Source: Felis catus
Lineage: Eukaryota
NCBI RefSeq assembly: GCF_018350175.1
Contig: NC_058369.1
Location: forward strand, 13,392,001-13,456,000
Direction of reading: 5' to 3'
Length of the DNA: 64,000 nucleotides
The notes beneath the pieces are model-generated. The model did not search any database, was not told where the DNA came from, and worked only from the letters and a program-made list of their open reading frames with translations. This document shows positions 1 to 34,661 of the stretch, one piece after another (the first letter of the stretch is position 1; each line of letters opens with the position of its first letter). A program made the translations under genes and the position numbers.

Positions 1-70
1 GAAGGACGGGTTTGTATCTCTGCTTCTGCATTCCCAGCAACAGACTCAGAAAAGGGGCTTGGTGGCTAGG

Positions 71-151
71 TGAATGAATGAATGAATGAATGAATGAATG
101 AATGAATGAATGAATATGTGAGTGAATGAATGAATGAGCGAATGAGTGAAT
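71..151. repeat. (TGAA)n microsatellite, probably an L2 3' tail
   Basis: ~11 perfect units, then degenerate. Confidence 0.9.
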
Positions 152-1553
152 ACATTCCCCACTCTGTCATCTCCACACTTATGGGGGACTCAGGGTCTAG
201 CCTCCTTCTGGGCAGCTATCTGTTAGACCCAGGATGGGTCTGAGATTTCTGTGGATGCACACCTGCGGGCTTGAGTCCTTCCCTACTCAGGCAGCCTGTG
301 GGTCCCTCAGCCCCTGGGAGACCTCTCCCAGGTCTCTTGCATCCGGACCTAGACTTGTGGCCCAGCCCTCAGGCTCCTGGAAGAGAGGCTTCCTGTTCAG
401 CCACCACCCCAACCCCTGCCTCTTTGATCGGCCATTTCCTGGGAGTGTGAGTCCTGGGGCATCCCAACTGACAGGTTCGTTTGGAGGCTCCTCAGGTCTC
501 TTCCAGCCAGCCATGGGCTGATAAGAGGCTCCATCTGGAATGGAATCTCAGGTGATGCCCACCCACAGCCCCACCTCCATCCACCCCTGACCCCTAGCCA
601 CCTCTGCCAGCCTCGTCTCTGAGGGGTGAGGTTCAAGCAGGCAGCAGGGCAGACACGGGTGGATGGTGATCGTTCACCAGGCCCCCCCATTCTAAGTTCA
701 GCCCCTTCGAGGGGGTCTCTGACCCCTCAGGGCAGATGAGCCCAAAGGGGAAAGAGGGATCTTCCCAGAGAGAGAAGGTGGGTATAGAGCCTGCAGGGCC
801 TGTTCAGGGTGAGAGGCCTGGCAGAGCCTCCAGGGTCTGTGGCTCGTGCTTTTGTGAGTATCTGGATGTTGACATATTGGACTTGAATTCAAAAAGCATC
901 AGATGCCGCAAGGACTCCACAGAAGTCTGCACAGGCTGGAGTCAGCCGGTGGGCACAGTGTGAATGCTTCTTATGGGGCAGGGACCCGCACAGGGGCAGG
1001 CTCTGTTGTCAGGGGCTGGGACACTGAATGCCATACAGGGATGTGTGCCCGGTCCTGAGGGAGATGTGGGTGGCTTCATCACGACTGTGCTTTAGAAAGA
1101 GCCCCCAGCAGGCCACGCAGGCCTGGGGTGGGGGCCTGGTGAGTGGATGGGGGGATGGAGGGGGGACGGCTGCTCTTCGAGCATGGCTGAGAATGCATCC
1201 ATTTAGGGTCCCCTCTCCTGGCATCCCTGTGGACATGGGAGGGCATGAGTGGTCCCCAGGCCTCCTCTGCCACCACAGCCAGGCCTTCTCCAGGGTGTCC
1301 CCAAGAGGCTGGGATGAGAAACCGAAGTCCTGTCTGCAGACCCCAGGCCATCACCTGGCTCTGCTCAGCCTCATCACTGGCCCATGAGGCCACCCCTGCC
1401 CAGGCAGCTGTCCACTCATTCATTCATGCGGCCCAGCTATTTTCTGGACACCACAGAGGAAACAGATCAGCTGCCCGCAGGCAGTGACGAGCAATCAGAT
1501 GTCCTGACCCTGTCCCAAGCTCAGAGCTAGGAAGAAAACACTGGGAGAGAGAT

Positions 1554-1554
<1 letters not shown>

Positions 1555-1599
<45 letters not shown>
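1555..1599. repeat. (GT)n microsatellite
   Basis: Direct reading. Confidence 0.95.
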
Positions 1600-1603
<4 letters not shown>

Positions 1604-2079
1604 CTGGACTCAGTCACCCCCAGCCAGGCTGGGACAGGGTGAGGCCTAGGTAGTTAGGAGGCCTGGGGGAGGAGGAGGAAAGGGCTCCCCACCTCCCTGT
1701 CCCCAAGGCTGAATGAATGAGTCGCCCAAGCACGCCCTCTGCCAGAAAGGAGCTTGGTTTTGGACAGCCCCAAAGCAGGCTTCTGCTGGCCTGTCTTCCT
1801 GGCATTGGTGATAAGGGTTAGAAATGGGGGTGGGGGCTCAGTCCCGAAGATGGTGGCCTTGAACCTATGGCCCTAGCAGGCACCCCCTCAGCTCCTGGGA
1901 GCCCCCACGTCGGGGTCCTAGGCACCCTCCACGTGGCAACATCCTGCAAGCAGGACTCTGAGGAGGTAGTTTCAGGACGGAGGTGTCCAGTCGCTTTGCA
2001 AAGTTATCCCCTCAGCAAATGCGTGTATTTGAGGGGTTGAAGGAGGGTTGGAGTTTGAAGACCCGATTTTAGAAAGGGG

Positions 2080-2720
2080 GCGGCTAGGAGTTCTCGAGAC
2101 CTGTCGGGGACCGGAGTTGTCGCTTCGCTAAGTAAGGTCCCCTCCATTGCGCCCAGCCAGACAGCGAGTTTGAGGACCAGCTGAGCGCTGGGGGCCGAAG
2201 GGGGCTCCCGGGAATGTGGGATCTTTAAATGTAGGCGGAGCTTGCGGGGTCGCCGGGGGCGGTGCCAACCCGGGCTCGACCAATCGGCGGCGCCGTCCGC
2301 GTCGCACCGCCCCCTCCTCTCCCGGCCCGGGCGGGCGCTCGCCCCCGGCCGGGCCCGTGGACAGGGCGGCGGGGGATGCACCCGCCGCCGCCCCCGGCCC
2401 GGCCGCCTCCGGGCCCCACGCCGGTCGGCTGCTGCCCGCCCCGTCCGCGGCCCCGGGCCCGGCCCCCACGCGAGGGTCTGCGGCCGCGCGGGACCCTCTC
2501 CCCTCCAGCTTCTTCTGCCCACGGGAGCCGAGCCCTGCAGGTACCGGGTGGGACGGACCGGAGCGCCCAAAGAGGGAGGCACGTCCTGGAGGGGGGACGC
2601 GGTTTGGGACAGGGGCCAGGACGGAGGGTCTCCGAAGGATCCGGAACCCAGGGGACACGGAGAGGAAGGGAATGTGTGTCTGTGCACTGCCTGAGCGAGT
2701 GGAGATTCGCGGACCCCCAA
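2080..2720 (+). promoter_or_regulatory. KCNN1: CpG island promoter of KCNN1 with CCAAT box (2280-2284) and GC boxes
   Basis: Very high CpG/GC density 4.3 kb upstream of the first canonical coding exon; contains a splice donor CTGCAG|gtaccg at 2540/2541. Confidence 0.8.
2300..2540 (+). other. KCNN1: Putative KCNN1 first exon (5' end approximate); may be coding from ATG 2376
   Basis: Donor CAG|gtaccg at 2540 inside the CpG island; matches acceptor ctcag|GTC at 7005/7006. Confidence 0.6.
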
Positions 2721-5700
2721 TCCCGGAGGGGGAAGGTACTGGGTTCACTTTGGCCGGGGTAGAGCAGTGAGTCTCTAAACTCCATAGATACGGTGGGGGG
2801 AGCTCTTGGGGTGAAGGCAGTGACCTGGGACTTATTTGGGAACGGGAGGGAGGAGACCCTCACCACTGGCTCCCAGATACTGCCGTTAGGGTCGCCCTAA
2901 TGCAGGGGCCAAGGAGCTAGGTCTCTCAGCTGTCCCTGGACAGAGGTTCGGGTACCCTACACAGGGCACTGCCTTGGCTGTCCTGGAGGGCAGGCTGCAG
3001 ATGTGAGTGCTGGAGGCTGGGAGCCAAATGGGAGACGCTGATGGAGAGGGGTCAGCGTGGAGGGCGCTGGTGGAGGCAGCCCCGCGGAGGGCAGAGCAGG
3101 CTAATTGCATCCTGCTGAGCGCTGGCAGGTTCCTGACTGGTGGTGATGGGGGGGGGGGTGGGGGGGGGCGCCCAAAGGAATTGGGCAGTCAGCGCCTGCC
3201 TTACTGTACCCACTCCTGGGCAGCCCAGGGGTGGGAGGGCAAGTGGATCCCATCCACCCTGCAGAGCTAGGGTGCAAACAGTGCTGGTGGGTGGGTTGTC
3301 TTAGGATCCTTACGCACCCTCCACTGGGACACACACCCCACACAGCTCACCCACACGTCCTGGAAGGTTCTGCCATGTGCTGCCCTGGCCACGGTTCCAG
3401 GGAGCGGTGGGATGTGGATTTCACCGCAAGGTGGGGCTCTGCTTTGGAGATAGGCCCCTTCTGGTCCAGCTCCGAAGGATGGGCAGCAGCACCTCCTCAG
3501 ATGTACCCACAGCCACATGCTAAGCATTTTCCATGTGAGGTCTCACTTCCGTTTTGGCCACCAACCTGCTGGGGGGGGGGGGCGGGGGGCAGGCACCGAG
3601 ACATCCTTTTACTGAAGAGGCAGGCGGCTGAGGAGGGGGCAGTGACTTCATCCTGGCTGGGACACCCAAGGGTCCCTCCCAGGCAGACACTGCACCAACT
3701 TGTCATTTGTAAAAGGGCTCACTCGAGGACCTTGGGGGGGTCTGGCCAGTTTCTTTGTCTTTCTGTTGAGTAGAAAAGCTTGGAGAAGCCAGCCGCCCTG
3801 CTTCCTGCCACCTGCCTGCCTTCTCCCACTCCTCGAGTCCTCCTGGGCGCCCCCTGCCGTGGGTGGCCCGCCGGGTTCCCACAGTGTCTCTTGGGGTGGT
3901 GTGAAAGGGGGCGGGGGTTCGGCTCATCCTCCCATGCCAGCCTTCAGTGAACAGAGGGCTCATGCCCCAGACATATTAGGTAATTTTGGCAATTCTAGGG
4001 ACCTTCTGAACCAGATGCAGCCCACGAGGTGTTTCTAACTTTTTAGAACTCATTGGCGAACCCAGGGCCTTCACCCAGAAAAATACACCCTTTCACAGAC
4101 ATCCAAACCTTGGCCAGAGTTTTAGAGAGGCTCCTGGTTCTTTGGGAATCTCTGAGGGTTCCAGGGACCCCAGCTTTGGGCCTAGTTGCAGTGGGGGAGG
4201 GGAAGGTATACCTGGGAAGGGGTGGGGTCTCTCGTCTCCCAGGGCGCCCCCCCCCCCCCCCGTCCCACCTGAACTGCAGAAACCAGCTGCCCCCTTCTAT
4301 GGAATCTCAGGCAGGCCACTCTGTCCTGTTTCTTCTGAGGTCACAGGAAGGGTCAGACACCCACCGTGCCTGGGTCCTGAGCTCTGTGGCCCCTCAAGGG
4401 CAGGGCTTGGCTGACTCCCTTCCCAGAAGGCTCGTCAAGAGGGAACTTGGCACATCCCACCACCCTCTGCCCCCCCCAGATGGCACTGACTTCGTCTCTG
4501 CTCCCTTCCTGACTTTGTGACCTTGGGAAGGTGCTAAACCTCTCTGAGCCTTGTCTCCCATCTGTAAATTGGGAGCGGGAATGCCGCCTGCCTCACTTAG
4601 TGGCCACGGAGGCTAAACATGATAATTCTGATAAAGAGCCCAACAAGCCCACAGTAAGCGCCATGGGCACGTTAAGGTGATGGGCCACAGGAAGGCCCTC
4701 CACCTCACTCCCTCCCAGAAGCCACCTGTACCCATCCCCCCAACCCCTCCCTGCCCAGGGCACCTTAGGACGAGGCTGCCAGGCAAGGATGGAGCATGGC
4801 CGACACACGGCTGAATTTGGCCTATGCGTCGGGCGGCTGAGTCACATCCCCAAATTGTATCTTCGTAAGTGCGTTTCGGAAGGTCGTTTGCAACACCCCC
4901 ACCCCCTCCAGGCTCCGTCTGCCAGGCCACTCGCCTCTCCTGCCTGTGCCCCCGAGCCCTGGGTGAGGACCCCCTGCGCTTTCAGGAGGGATGGTAGGAG
5001 CGATGCCTGGGGTTTCCTCACCTCCTGGGAGAGAGCAGGGTCTGCGATCGCTGTGTGTCTCCTGGTGACAGGCTCCCGGCCCCACCTGCCAGCCGATGGC
5101 CCTTCAGGTGGCGAGCAGGGGCCCTCGCCCGGGAGTAGCAAGGCCCCTGAGTGTTCGTGAAGGTGGAGAGAGAGATCCGGGGCCAAGGTCAGCCTTATAA
5201 GCCGTGAAGTACGGGGCGTGCAGGAGACCAGCTCATATAAACCATGAAGTGCTAAGCCCGTGTGAGGCCAGGACTTACAAACCAACGTGTCAGGCCACAG
5301 GTGGCCACGGCCTGGTTGAGGTAGTGCATGGAGGGGCAAGGGAAGGGACATGTTCTAATACTCATGAGGTCGCTCTGCCACGAAAGGAAGGTTTCTTGTG
5401 CCCCTACTGTGCGCGGGCACCAGCATCTGGGGACAGGCGGTGAGTGGGACAGACACTGTGGGGGGGGTGCCCGACAAGGTGTCATCTTGGCATGTCTTTA
5501 TGTGACAGTTTCCGTGTCTGTCACCCCCCGCCCCGAGTGTGGTTGCAGGGCCGCAGAGGCATCCTGTCTGTGCGCACAGCCCTCTCTCCCGGGCCTGGTC
5601 CACAGGGGCCCGCCGTGCATGCCAGGCTGGCCTTTTCAAAGGGGGTCAGCACTTGGCCACTGCCTGTCGCTGCCCCGCTTATTCCTGCTGAGAGAATCTT

Positions 5701-7086
5701 ACAAAGCAGCCCGGTCCAGGATCTGCCCTAGAAGGACATGGCCCCTTCATGGCACAGCGCCTCAGTTTCCCCACCGGTAAAACTGGCCAAATCCCAGCAC
5801 CCCTTCTTGGGGGGTGTTGGCAAGGATCAAGGAGCAAATTGGTGTGAAGGACGTAGCCTGGCGTGTTGTAGACGTTCGCTAAACATCAGCTCGTAGTGGC
5901 AACGGGGGGTACACAGGAGGGAGGGAGAGATGGTGGGTTGGGGTGGGACAGGGGAGGGTCTAGAAGGTGAGACTCCAGGCAGCCTCATCTTGTATGGGTC
6001 ACTGTCCTCAAGGTCTTCGCTCTCGAACATGATCCCAGAGGACACTGCCCTACGCAAGGGCAGAATCCCAGGATGTCGGGGCGGTCAGACAGTCTGCTCT
6101 CTGGTAGCCTGGTGGGGAAACTGAGGCTGACCCGGGGTCACAGGGCCAGGCTGAGCACATCTCACAAGGCCCTACAGAATCAACTCTGGGATCTTAGAGG
6201 TAAATACCGGGTTGCCACGTTGGTCCCGGAGTCTCTTTGGAGATCACAAACCTCCTTCCACGCAGGCAGGAGGGGGCTGGGGGGTCTCTGCAGCCACAGC
6301 CACGGTCCTCGTGTCCCCACACTGATACCCCATGCTTGCGTGTGTTCAGGCCTTCGGACAGCTCTAGGGGAGGAATTGGAGGCCCAGCAGGGCGAGCTTG
6401 ACTTGCCCGAGAACCTGAAGGTCAGAAGGAGACGAGCCCAGGTTGGAACCACCTCCTGACCACACACACGGCCTCTGGTCCTCCCAGGCAAACCTGCCAG
6501 CACATTCTGTCTCCAGACATTCCCAAGTGTTTACTGAGCGTCAGCTGAGTGCTCGGCATTGTTCGAGGTACTTGGAGACAGAAAACCAGTGGGCAAAGGT
6601 TCGATAAGAGGGCGTTCCAGGCAGAGGGCCCAGCGGGTGCAAAGGCCCCAGGCTGGACCAGGCTGGTCAGGATCTGGTGATGGGGATGCTTCCGTGGTCG
6701 GAAGAGAATGACTCTGGAAGAGTGAGAGGGTTGAGGTGGGTAGGAGCCAGACCACAGAGGGCCTCCTGGCCACAGTGAGGCCTTTGGTTTTTGTGCAGCA
6801 GCACTGGGGAGCCATGGGAGGGTTTTGAGCAGGAGAGGAATATAGGCTGACTTGGGTGTTTCTTGGATGGCCAACCCACGCGTCAGTCACGTGTCTGGGT
6901 TCAGGGCTTCCTGAGCCTCAGAATGTCTTGGGGTGGTGACAGGGGTCCCTGCCCTCTGGTCGGTTGGCAAGGCCCTTCCCTGACTGTGTCCCTCATGCCC
7001 CTCAGGTCGGCACAGGAGCCCGGTCACTGAGCCATGCTGGGCCCCGGGTGGCCTACAGCGAGCCCAACCCCGGCACCCACATAGTC

Positions 7087-25606
<18,520 letters not shown>

Positions 25607-25936
25607 CACCCCTGCCCACCACCAGACCCCTCAATCTTGGCCATCGTGTGGCCGCCACGTCCACGCCATCCAGGAAGCCCTGTACAGTGGTGCCTCTTGG
25701 AGTTCAAGGAGCCGAAGCTGAGTTGGGCTGAGTGGACCAGGGCCCTCCCCACCCAGACCGTCTGGGCAGAAGGCAGGGCCGGACCGCAGGCGAGGGCAGG
25801 GGTGGGCCACCACCCGTTTCCTCCCTGAATGGAGCCGGGGGGAGCCAGGAGCTTCCTCTGGTCCCCTGGCCCCCTGGCTTTCCCCAGGCCCCCGGTGGGC
25901 ACGGAGCAACCAGGAGAGGGGTCCTTGCCAGTTCTG

Positions 25937-25942
25937 AATAAA
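25937..25942 (+). terminator. KCNN1: KCNN1 polyadenylation signal AATAAA
   Basis: First AATAAA, 330 nt after the stop codon. Confidence 0.7.
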
Positions 25943-27279
25943 GCAGGACCCACCCAGTTGCTGCCTGTTTTGCATGGCTGGGGGACACTCATGACATGGG
26001 AGGTGGCCACCTGACTCCAGGTCCCAGAACGGATGTGGGGGTCTAGGCGAGCCCCTGCCATCACTGTTCTAGCCTGGTGGCCCCCCAAGCCGGAGCTCAG
26101 CTGGGTACACCTCCTGAGGACAGCAGCGGCAGTCCCCACTGGACCCAGCCCCGCCCTGCAGGAGGCAGCAGATAATCGAGACATCCTTCCCATTCTACCA
26201 GCCGAGTTTGCTGGAGCACCCACAGTGGACCAGGGTCCGGTGGGGAAGGTGACATGAGTAGGAGCACCATGTTCATTGGACCTGCCGTGGACAGGGACCA
26301 TCACGTAAATCACCACACTTGGTCACCAGAACCTGGCCCCGGGCGGGGTGGGGAAACCGCGGGCCAGAGAAGTGAAGCCACCTGCCTGGGGCTGCAGAAC
26401 GAGGAGGGCTGAGTCGGGATACAAACTCGGGGGCCCATGGGTCAAAGCGAAAAACCTCGGTGGAGGGTGCTGGAGCGGGGGGGAGTACAAGTGGGGGAGG
26501 GTGTGGTATGATCCCCGGGTTAGAGTGGCCCCCGGGGTGGGCTTGGGGCGGGCTGGAGTTCCCCTCCGGAACCTTCCCGGTTCTGGACGCAAGGAAAATC
26601 AGAAAGGTCCCTCCAGGCCTTGGGCTCAGTGTGCTGTGGTGAGGCAGGGGTGGCAGGCGCTTGGCAGCTGCTGGGCTCTGGGTATAGCAGGGAGATGGTG
26701 GCCTGGCCCCTGGGAGGCTAGTCCTGGCCCAGCTGAGAGCCTCAGGTCCTGGCAGCCTCTGATAAAGAGCTCAGCAACCTGGCTCAGCAGATAACGTGGG
26801 TGCAAGATCGAGAAGAGTGGGGACGTGCCCATGGGCTCCAGACCGGAGTTGGGAGTCCTGACTAGCAGGGCTGGGTGCTACCGGGCAGAGGCTGCCCCCC
26901 TGTGGGGGCCTCAGTTTCCCTCTCTGTAAGATGGGCTGAGGAGAATAGGGCACAGTGCCCAGCTTTGGGGATCACCTAGTCGGAGGGAGGAGGCACGGTA
27001 AACAGCACTCAGACAGAGACCAGAGCCATAAAGAAATCAACAAGGCAGAGTATGACTAGGGGACTCTGAGGAAGTGACATTTGGGCGTGGGCGGGGCGGA
27101 GGTTGCGGGGGGGGGGGGGGGTAGTTGGGAGAGCCCATCTGGGGAAGGGCGTTCCTAGTAGGGGACTGGTCAGTGCAAAGGCCAAGAGGCAAGACCTGAG
27201 TTCGGGGGGTTTGGAGGACAGTCAGGAGGTGGCACGGAGACCAGAGTGGGAGGCTGGGTCGGTTCCCGGGGCCAAAGGT

Positions 27280-28030
27280 GCCGGGTAGGGGCCAGATGAA
27301 ACCGCAAGATAGCCCGGTGGCTGCCTCCGCTCCGGGCCAGCCACATCCGCCCCCGCCCGCCTCTGACTCAACGGCGCCGACCCTGCAAAAACAGGGCCCG
27401 CCCCGCGCCGGGGGGGTGGCAAAGTCAACAGCGCGGGCACGCGGGCGGCACGTCCCCGGCGGCCCCGGGCGCGTCACGGGGGCGGCCGCGGAGGACCAGG
27501 AAGTCGGCGGCCGACGCGCCCGCCGGGGGTGGGGGACCCGGGGCGCCCGCACGAGTTCGCGGAAGCCGGAGGAAGCTCGGGGGCGACCGGCGCCGCGAGG
27601 AAGGGCGCTGAGCCGCGGGAGGGCCTCGGGCGCACCCCGGCCGCGCGCCCGGTCGCTGGGCGCGGGGGCCGTCCTCCCAGCGGGGTGCCGCGTCCCCGCC
27701 GTGCGCCCGGGCCTGCGCCATGCGCCCCGGGGGCGTGCGAAGCTTCGCGCTGGAGCTGGCCCGGGGCCCCGGCGGCGCGTACCGCGGCGGGGAGCGGCTA
27801 TGCGGCCGGGTGCTGCTGGAGGCGGCGGCGCCTCTGCGGGTGAGAGCGCTGGAGGTGGCGGCACGCGGCGGGGCGGCGACGCACTGGCTCGAGGGCCGAA
27901 GCGTGGGTGTCAACGCGGTTTCCAGCGACTACGCTGCTGCCGAGACGTACCTGCGGCGGCGGCAGCTGCTGCTCCGAGGTGAGCCTCTCAGCCCCCCGCC
28001 CCCACTCCCGGCTGGGATCCCCTGGGACCC
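27280..28030 (+). promoter_or_regulatory. ARRDC2: CpG island / upstream promoter of ARRDC2 (exon 1a)
   Basis: CpG-dense; GC boxes; ETS-like GGAAG motifs at ~27497-27577. Confidence 0.8.
27720..27978 (+). CDS. ARRDC2: ARRDC2 alternative coding first exon 1a (402-aa isoform when spliced to 30975)
   Basis: MRPGGVRSFALEL...YRGGERLCGRVLLE...RQLLLR, phase-1 donor G|gtgagc compatible with exon 2. Confidence 0.9.
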
Positions 28031-29423
28031 TCGCCCCAGATCTGGGCGCTCTACTCCAGTGCGGGGAGAGTTTCAGTTTAGAGGCTGTGTGGTCGAGTGA
28101 CCTTTCTTAAGTAGTGGGGACCTCCTCCCCAGGGTCTTGACCCTCCCACAGGACACCTACCCACCTACCCCCCTCCCAAACCAAATCCTCTTTCCCAGGA
28201 AAGAGACACCCCCCCCTTTACAGGGGGTGTCTGGGCACCCCCCCCCCGACAGAGCTGGGAAAACCCTCCACCTAAAGGCTATGCGCGGGACCCTACCCCC
28301 CCCATCCAGAGTTTGGAGAACCCCTGGGTGGAGTCGGGACATCCTTCTCTCTGGACCCCAGGATCTCCTTTTAACTCCAGATTTGGGTCCCTGATTTCCC
28401 AAAGAAGACCCCCATCTCCCGCGCCTTCAGTTTACCCCCAGTGTTTGCAGGAACCAGTTCTAACCCGGGTTGGGAGTTCTGGTGATAGCTGCAGGTAGGT
28501 TTGCATCCCAAAGAGAGAGGAGACTTGGGGTGGGGACAGATCGGGCTGGGAAGACTTCCAGCTCTGAACCTCAGCCCCCCACATTTAGGCCAACACAGAG
28601 AGTCAGGAGCAGGCCAGGGGCGAGCCCCGGCAGTGAGCTATGTTTGCTGTGGAGGATGTTGGCTTCCTGGGTCCGCCAAACCCCTTCGGCTAAGCCAGAC
28701 TTCACTATACTCTTCTGTGAAATGGGCAGAGGAAAGAGGCAGCTCAGACCTGGTTTCCCACCTATGGCCCCCTTTTTTCCAAGCAGATGCTTTGCCCACA
28801 GCCTTTCAGTCTTGTCTCAACGCCCTAGGTGCAGGCTCTCCCCTTACTAGCTGTGGAAACCCAGACCTCAAGGGCCCTAGGGCGGGACAGGAAGGGCCCC
28901 CCCCCCCAGGCACTTCCCTTCCCCTGAGGTTCAAGGGAAGTTGGGGCTGGTCTCACCCCTGGTTCCACTCACCAGCTGCTTCATTAAGACACTGCAGGGG
29001 TGAAGCTTGCAGAACTGCTGGGTAGCCTCAGGTGAGGCCCTGCCCTTCTGTGGGCCTCTGGGGACCCATCTGTGAAATGGACTCACCTCATCCGCCATCT
29101 CCTCCTGGGCTTATAGCCTCCAGGGCTCCACTTGGCCCTGGTGGGCGGGGGGAAGGTACTAGCCCTTCATTTTGGTCTCAGAGTCCCCTCTTCCGTGCAG
29201 ACCCCCCAAGCTGATCACTGCGTCTACCGCCTCTGCCCCTCCCTTACGTACTGTTCTGACCCCAATGCCCCTGTGGCCACTCTGGCTGCAGGTTACCGTG
29301 TCCGGTTATGATTTCCTCCCACTGGGGCTTCCGAGGCCTCAGGGCTGGTCCCAGGGTCGTCTGAGGGCCCCTCAAAGGTGGCCGCCAGGGTAGTGGGTAG
29401 GTTCGAGCAGCTGCTCATCTCGC

Positions 29424-29441
29424 TGCCAGCAGAGGGCGCCG
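29424..29441 (+). promoter_or_regulatory. CTCF motif TGCCAGCAGAGGGCGCCG
   Basis: Matches CCASYAGRKGGCRS consensus. Confidence 0.65.
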
Positions 29442-30329
29442 GTGCCCTGCAGACCGCCAAGAGGAAACTGCCTTAGAAACTCTCCTGGAGGTTCTTCTCT
29501 GAGGAAACTGAGGCCCAGAGAGGAGTCCTACCGTCTCGAGGGCACACCGCAGCCCTGACCCTAGGGGTTCCTGGGACGTCCCTTCCACTCGGTTGTCTGG
29601 GAGGGGACTGGGGCCCGGGTGAGGGGCGGGGGGGGGGTGCTGCCAGGAGTGGGCACAAGGACGCCTAGGGGGTTTGTAGGAGTTTGCTGGGGGCTGCAAA
29701 TTGGGACAGGAACATCGAGAGTTGGGAACAGCCTGGGCAAAAGCGCCGAGGTGCGACAGAGTGGCGGCTTGTGGGGAGTGGGTTGATGACGTGGGAGCAA
29801 GGCTCTGGGAGAGGTCGAGCATGGGCTACACAGTGATTCAAGGCCCGACATTCTGAGGTCAGGACTGATTTTCTTCCAGCTCTACAAACATGGAAACTTA
29901 GGTTTTAAGAGATTGTCACTAGCCCGGGGTCACCCAGCTAAGCGGGATTCTAATCAGAAGAGGGGGCGGGCGCCCAAGCAGAGGAGGGCCCCACGCACTT
30001 CCTCCTCCTTCCGCCATCACTTACAGGCGAAACTGAGGCCCAGGGTAGTCCTGGGCACTCAAGGCCCCGATTGGGTCCAGCCCATCCCACACCCCTCTAG
30101 CTCGGGGCTGGACGTGTCTTGAGTCAATCTGAAAGTGGTGGCCAGTTGATGATTAAACCTAGTGCCAGAATGCTCTTGCTGGGTAACTTCAAGCCCGGGA
30201 CCCGCTTCCGGCCCTGTTTCCCCTCTTTACCCCCGGGGTCTTCGAGAGACCGGCTCTGGCCCCCGATGCTTCAGTTTCACCGAGGGTAGAGGGCAGGCAG
30301 CTGGGGCGTTTTGAGGTTTTGTTCCACGC

Positions 30330-30500
30330 CTGGGAGGAGCCACGCCCCTCGCCGCGCCATTGGTGTGGTCCTTTGTGGGGGTGGGGCCTGTGTCTCGCCC
30401 CGCCCCGCCCCTCCCGCCGTATAAAGGCAGCGCCGGCGCCGGGCTCACAGGAATTTCTGGCCTGGTCCGCAAGTGCGCCTGCGCACGTTGGGCCGGTTCG
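30330..30500 (+). promoter_or_regulatory. ARRDC2: Proximal ARRDC2 promoter: inverted CCAAT (30359-30363), GC boxes, TATAAA (30420-30425), NRF1-like TGCGCCTGCGCA (30474-30485)
   Basis: Motifs read directly at the 5' edge of a CpG island (~30330-31050), ~190 nt upstream of ATG 30608. Confidence 0.8.
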
Positions 30501-30508
30501 AGTTCTGA

Positions 30509-33416
<2,908 letters not shown>

Positions 33417-34077
33417 GGGGCAAGTGAATACCTCGAGGGATGCGGGTACACACAGGCTTCCGGCCTCCGTGGACATGGGGAATGGCTGGATCGAGAGCGG
33501 CCCGACCGGACTGCGCGGAAGCTGGGGAATCCGCGCCTCGGAACAGGGCAGGGCTTTCCGACATAACCCAGGACGGGGGAAGAGTCTGGAACCTGACCGA
33601 CGTGGACTGGCCCTCGCGAGGCATCAGATGCCCCTTGTCGGATCCCGTCTTGTCTACGCCGGCCTGTGGACAGGGCTCGGCTCCCCCGGGAGCCTCTGGT
33701 CTGGGAGAGACGTCGCCAGACGTAAACGCTTCCGGTCCCGTGGGACCGGAGGAAGAGACCCAGGACCGGGAGAGTCCAGACGGGAGCAGAGAGGGCTTCC
33801 CGGAGCAGAGGGCGTTCTGGCTGAGGCGGTGGCGTGTGAATAGCGGCCCAGCAGGCAGACAAACAGGAGGAGGAAGAAGTCGGAGAAGGTCAGAGCTGAG
33901 CGATGTTTGGAGATCACCCCCTTCATCTCAGAACTGGGGCTCAGAAAGCGAGTTGCCTCCGTTGAGGCCACACGGCAAGGGCCGGCAGGCGAGAGGGCCC
34001 AGGAGTGAGGCATTCAGGGAAGCGGGTCATTGGAGCTCCGGGGGGCTTATGGGTGGCAGGAGACCACTGCTCCAGCC

Positions 34078-34296
34078 TTTGTTTTGTTTGTTTTTTTAAA
34101 AGTATTTATTTATTTTGAGGGAGCGCACGAGCAGGGAGGGCAGAGAGAGAGGGAGAGGAGAGAGAATCCCTAGCGGGCTCCATGCCGACAGCGCAGAGCC
34201 CAGCTCGGGGCTTGAACCCACGGATGGTGAGGTCATGACCTGAGCAGAGATCAAGGGCTGAACGAACGCTTAACCGACTGAGCCACCCCGGCCCCC
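34078..34296 (-). mobile_element. CanSINE inside the ARRDC2 3' UTR (antisense)
   Basis: SINE consensus; flanking ctccagccttt repeat. Confidence 0.85.
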
Positions 34297-34655
34297 CTCC
34301 AGCCTTTGAAAGCCAGAGAGAGATTCCTGGCCTAGGCTGGGCCTGCCTGGGGGCTCCTCCAAGTACTCCAGGACATGCGACTTGCCTGGGTATTGTATGA
34401 CCAGGGAAACCCGGTTCAGAATATTAAGCCAGACCTTGGGGTCAGAGGTCAGCCTGGGGTAACACACGAGGACCAGCGAGCCTCTGGAGCCCTCCTGTAT
34501 CCTGGAGGGACAAAGTGTGAGGGGGCAGCTGGACAAGCCCCCAGTTGGAGAGTCTCAGCCATAGCTGGGGGCGGGGCCCCCGCCTGGGACTCATCATTTT
34601 TGATAAGCCTTAAATTGTTCTCTTTTTTACAGATGTTGGTTTTTTTTTTTTTTTA

Positions 34656-34661
34656 AATAAA
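34656..34661 (+). terminator. ARRDC2: ARRDC2 polyadenylation signal AATAAA
   Basis: AATAAA after a U-rich tract with a GU/U-rich downstream region. Confidence 0.7.

Noticed and set aside
2004-2866. Several long overlapping ORFs on both strands
   Set aside because: Stop-poor CpG island artefacts; only the 2376-2540 segment has splice and frame support
27037-27982. 234-275-aa Arg/Pro/Gly ORFs
   Set aside because: CpG-island artefacts around ARRDC2 exon 1a
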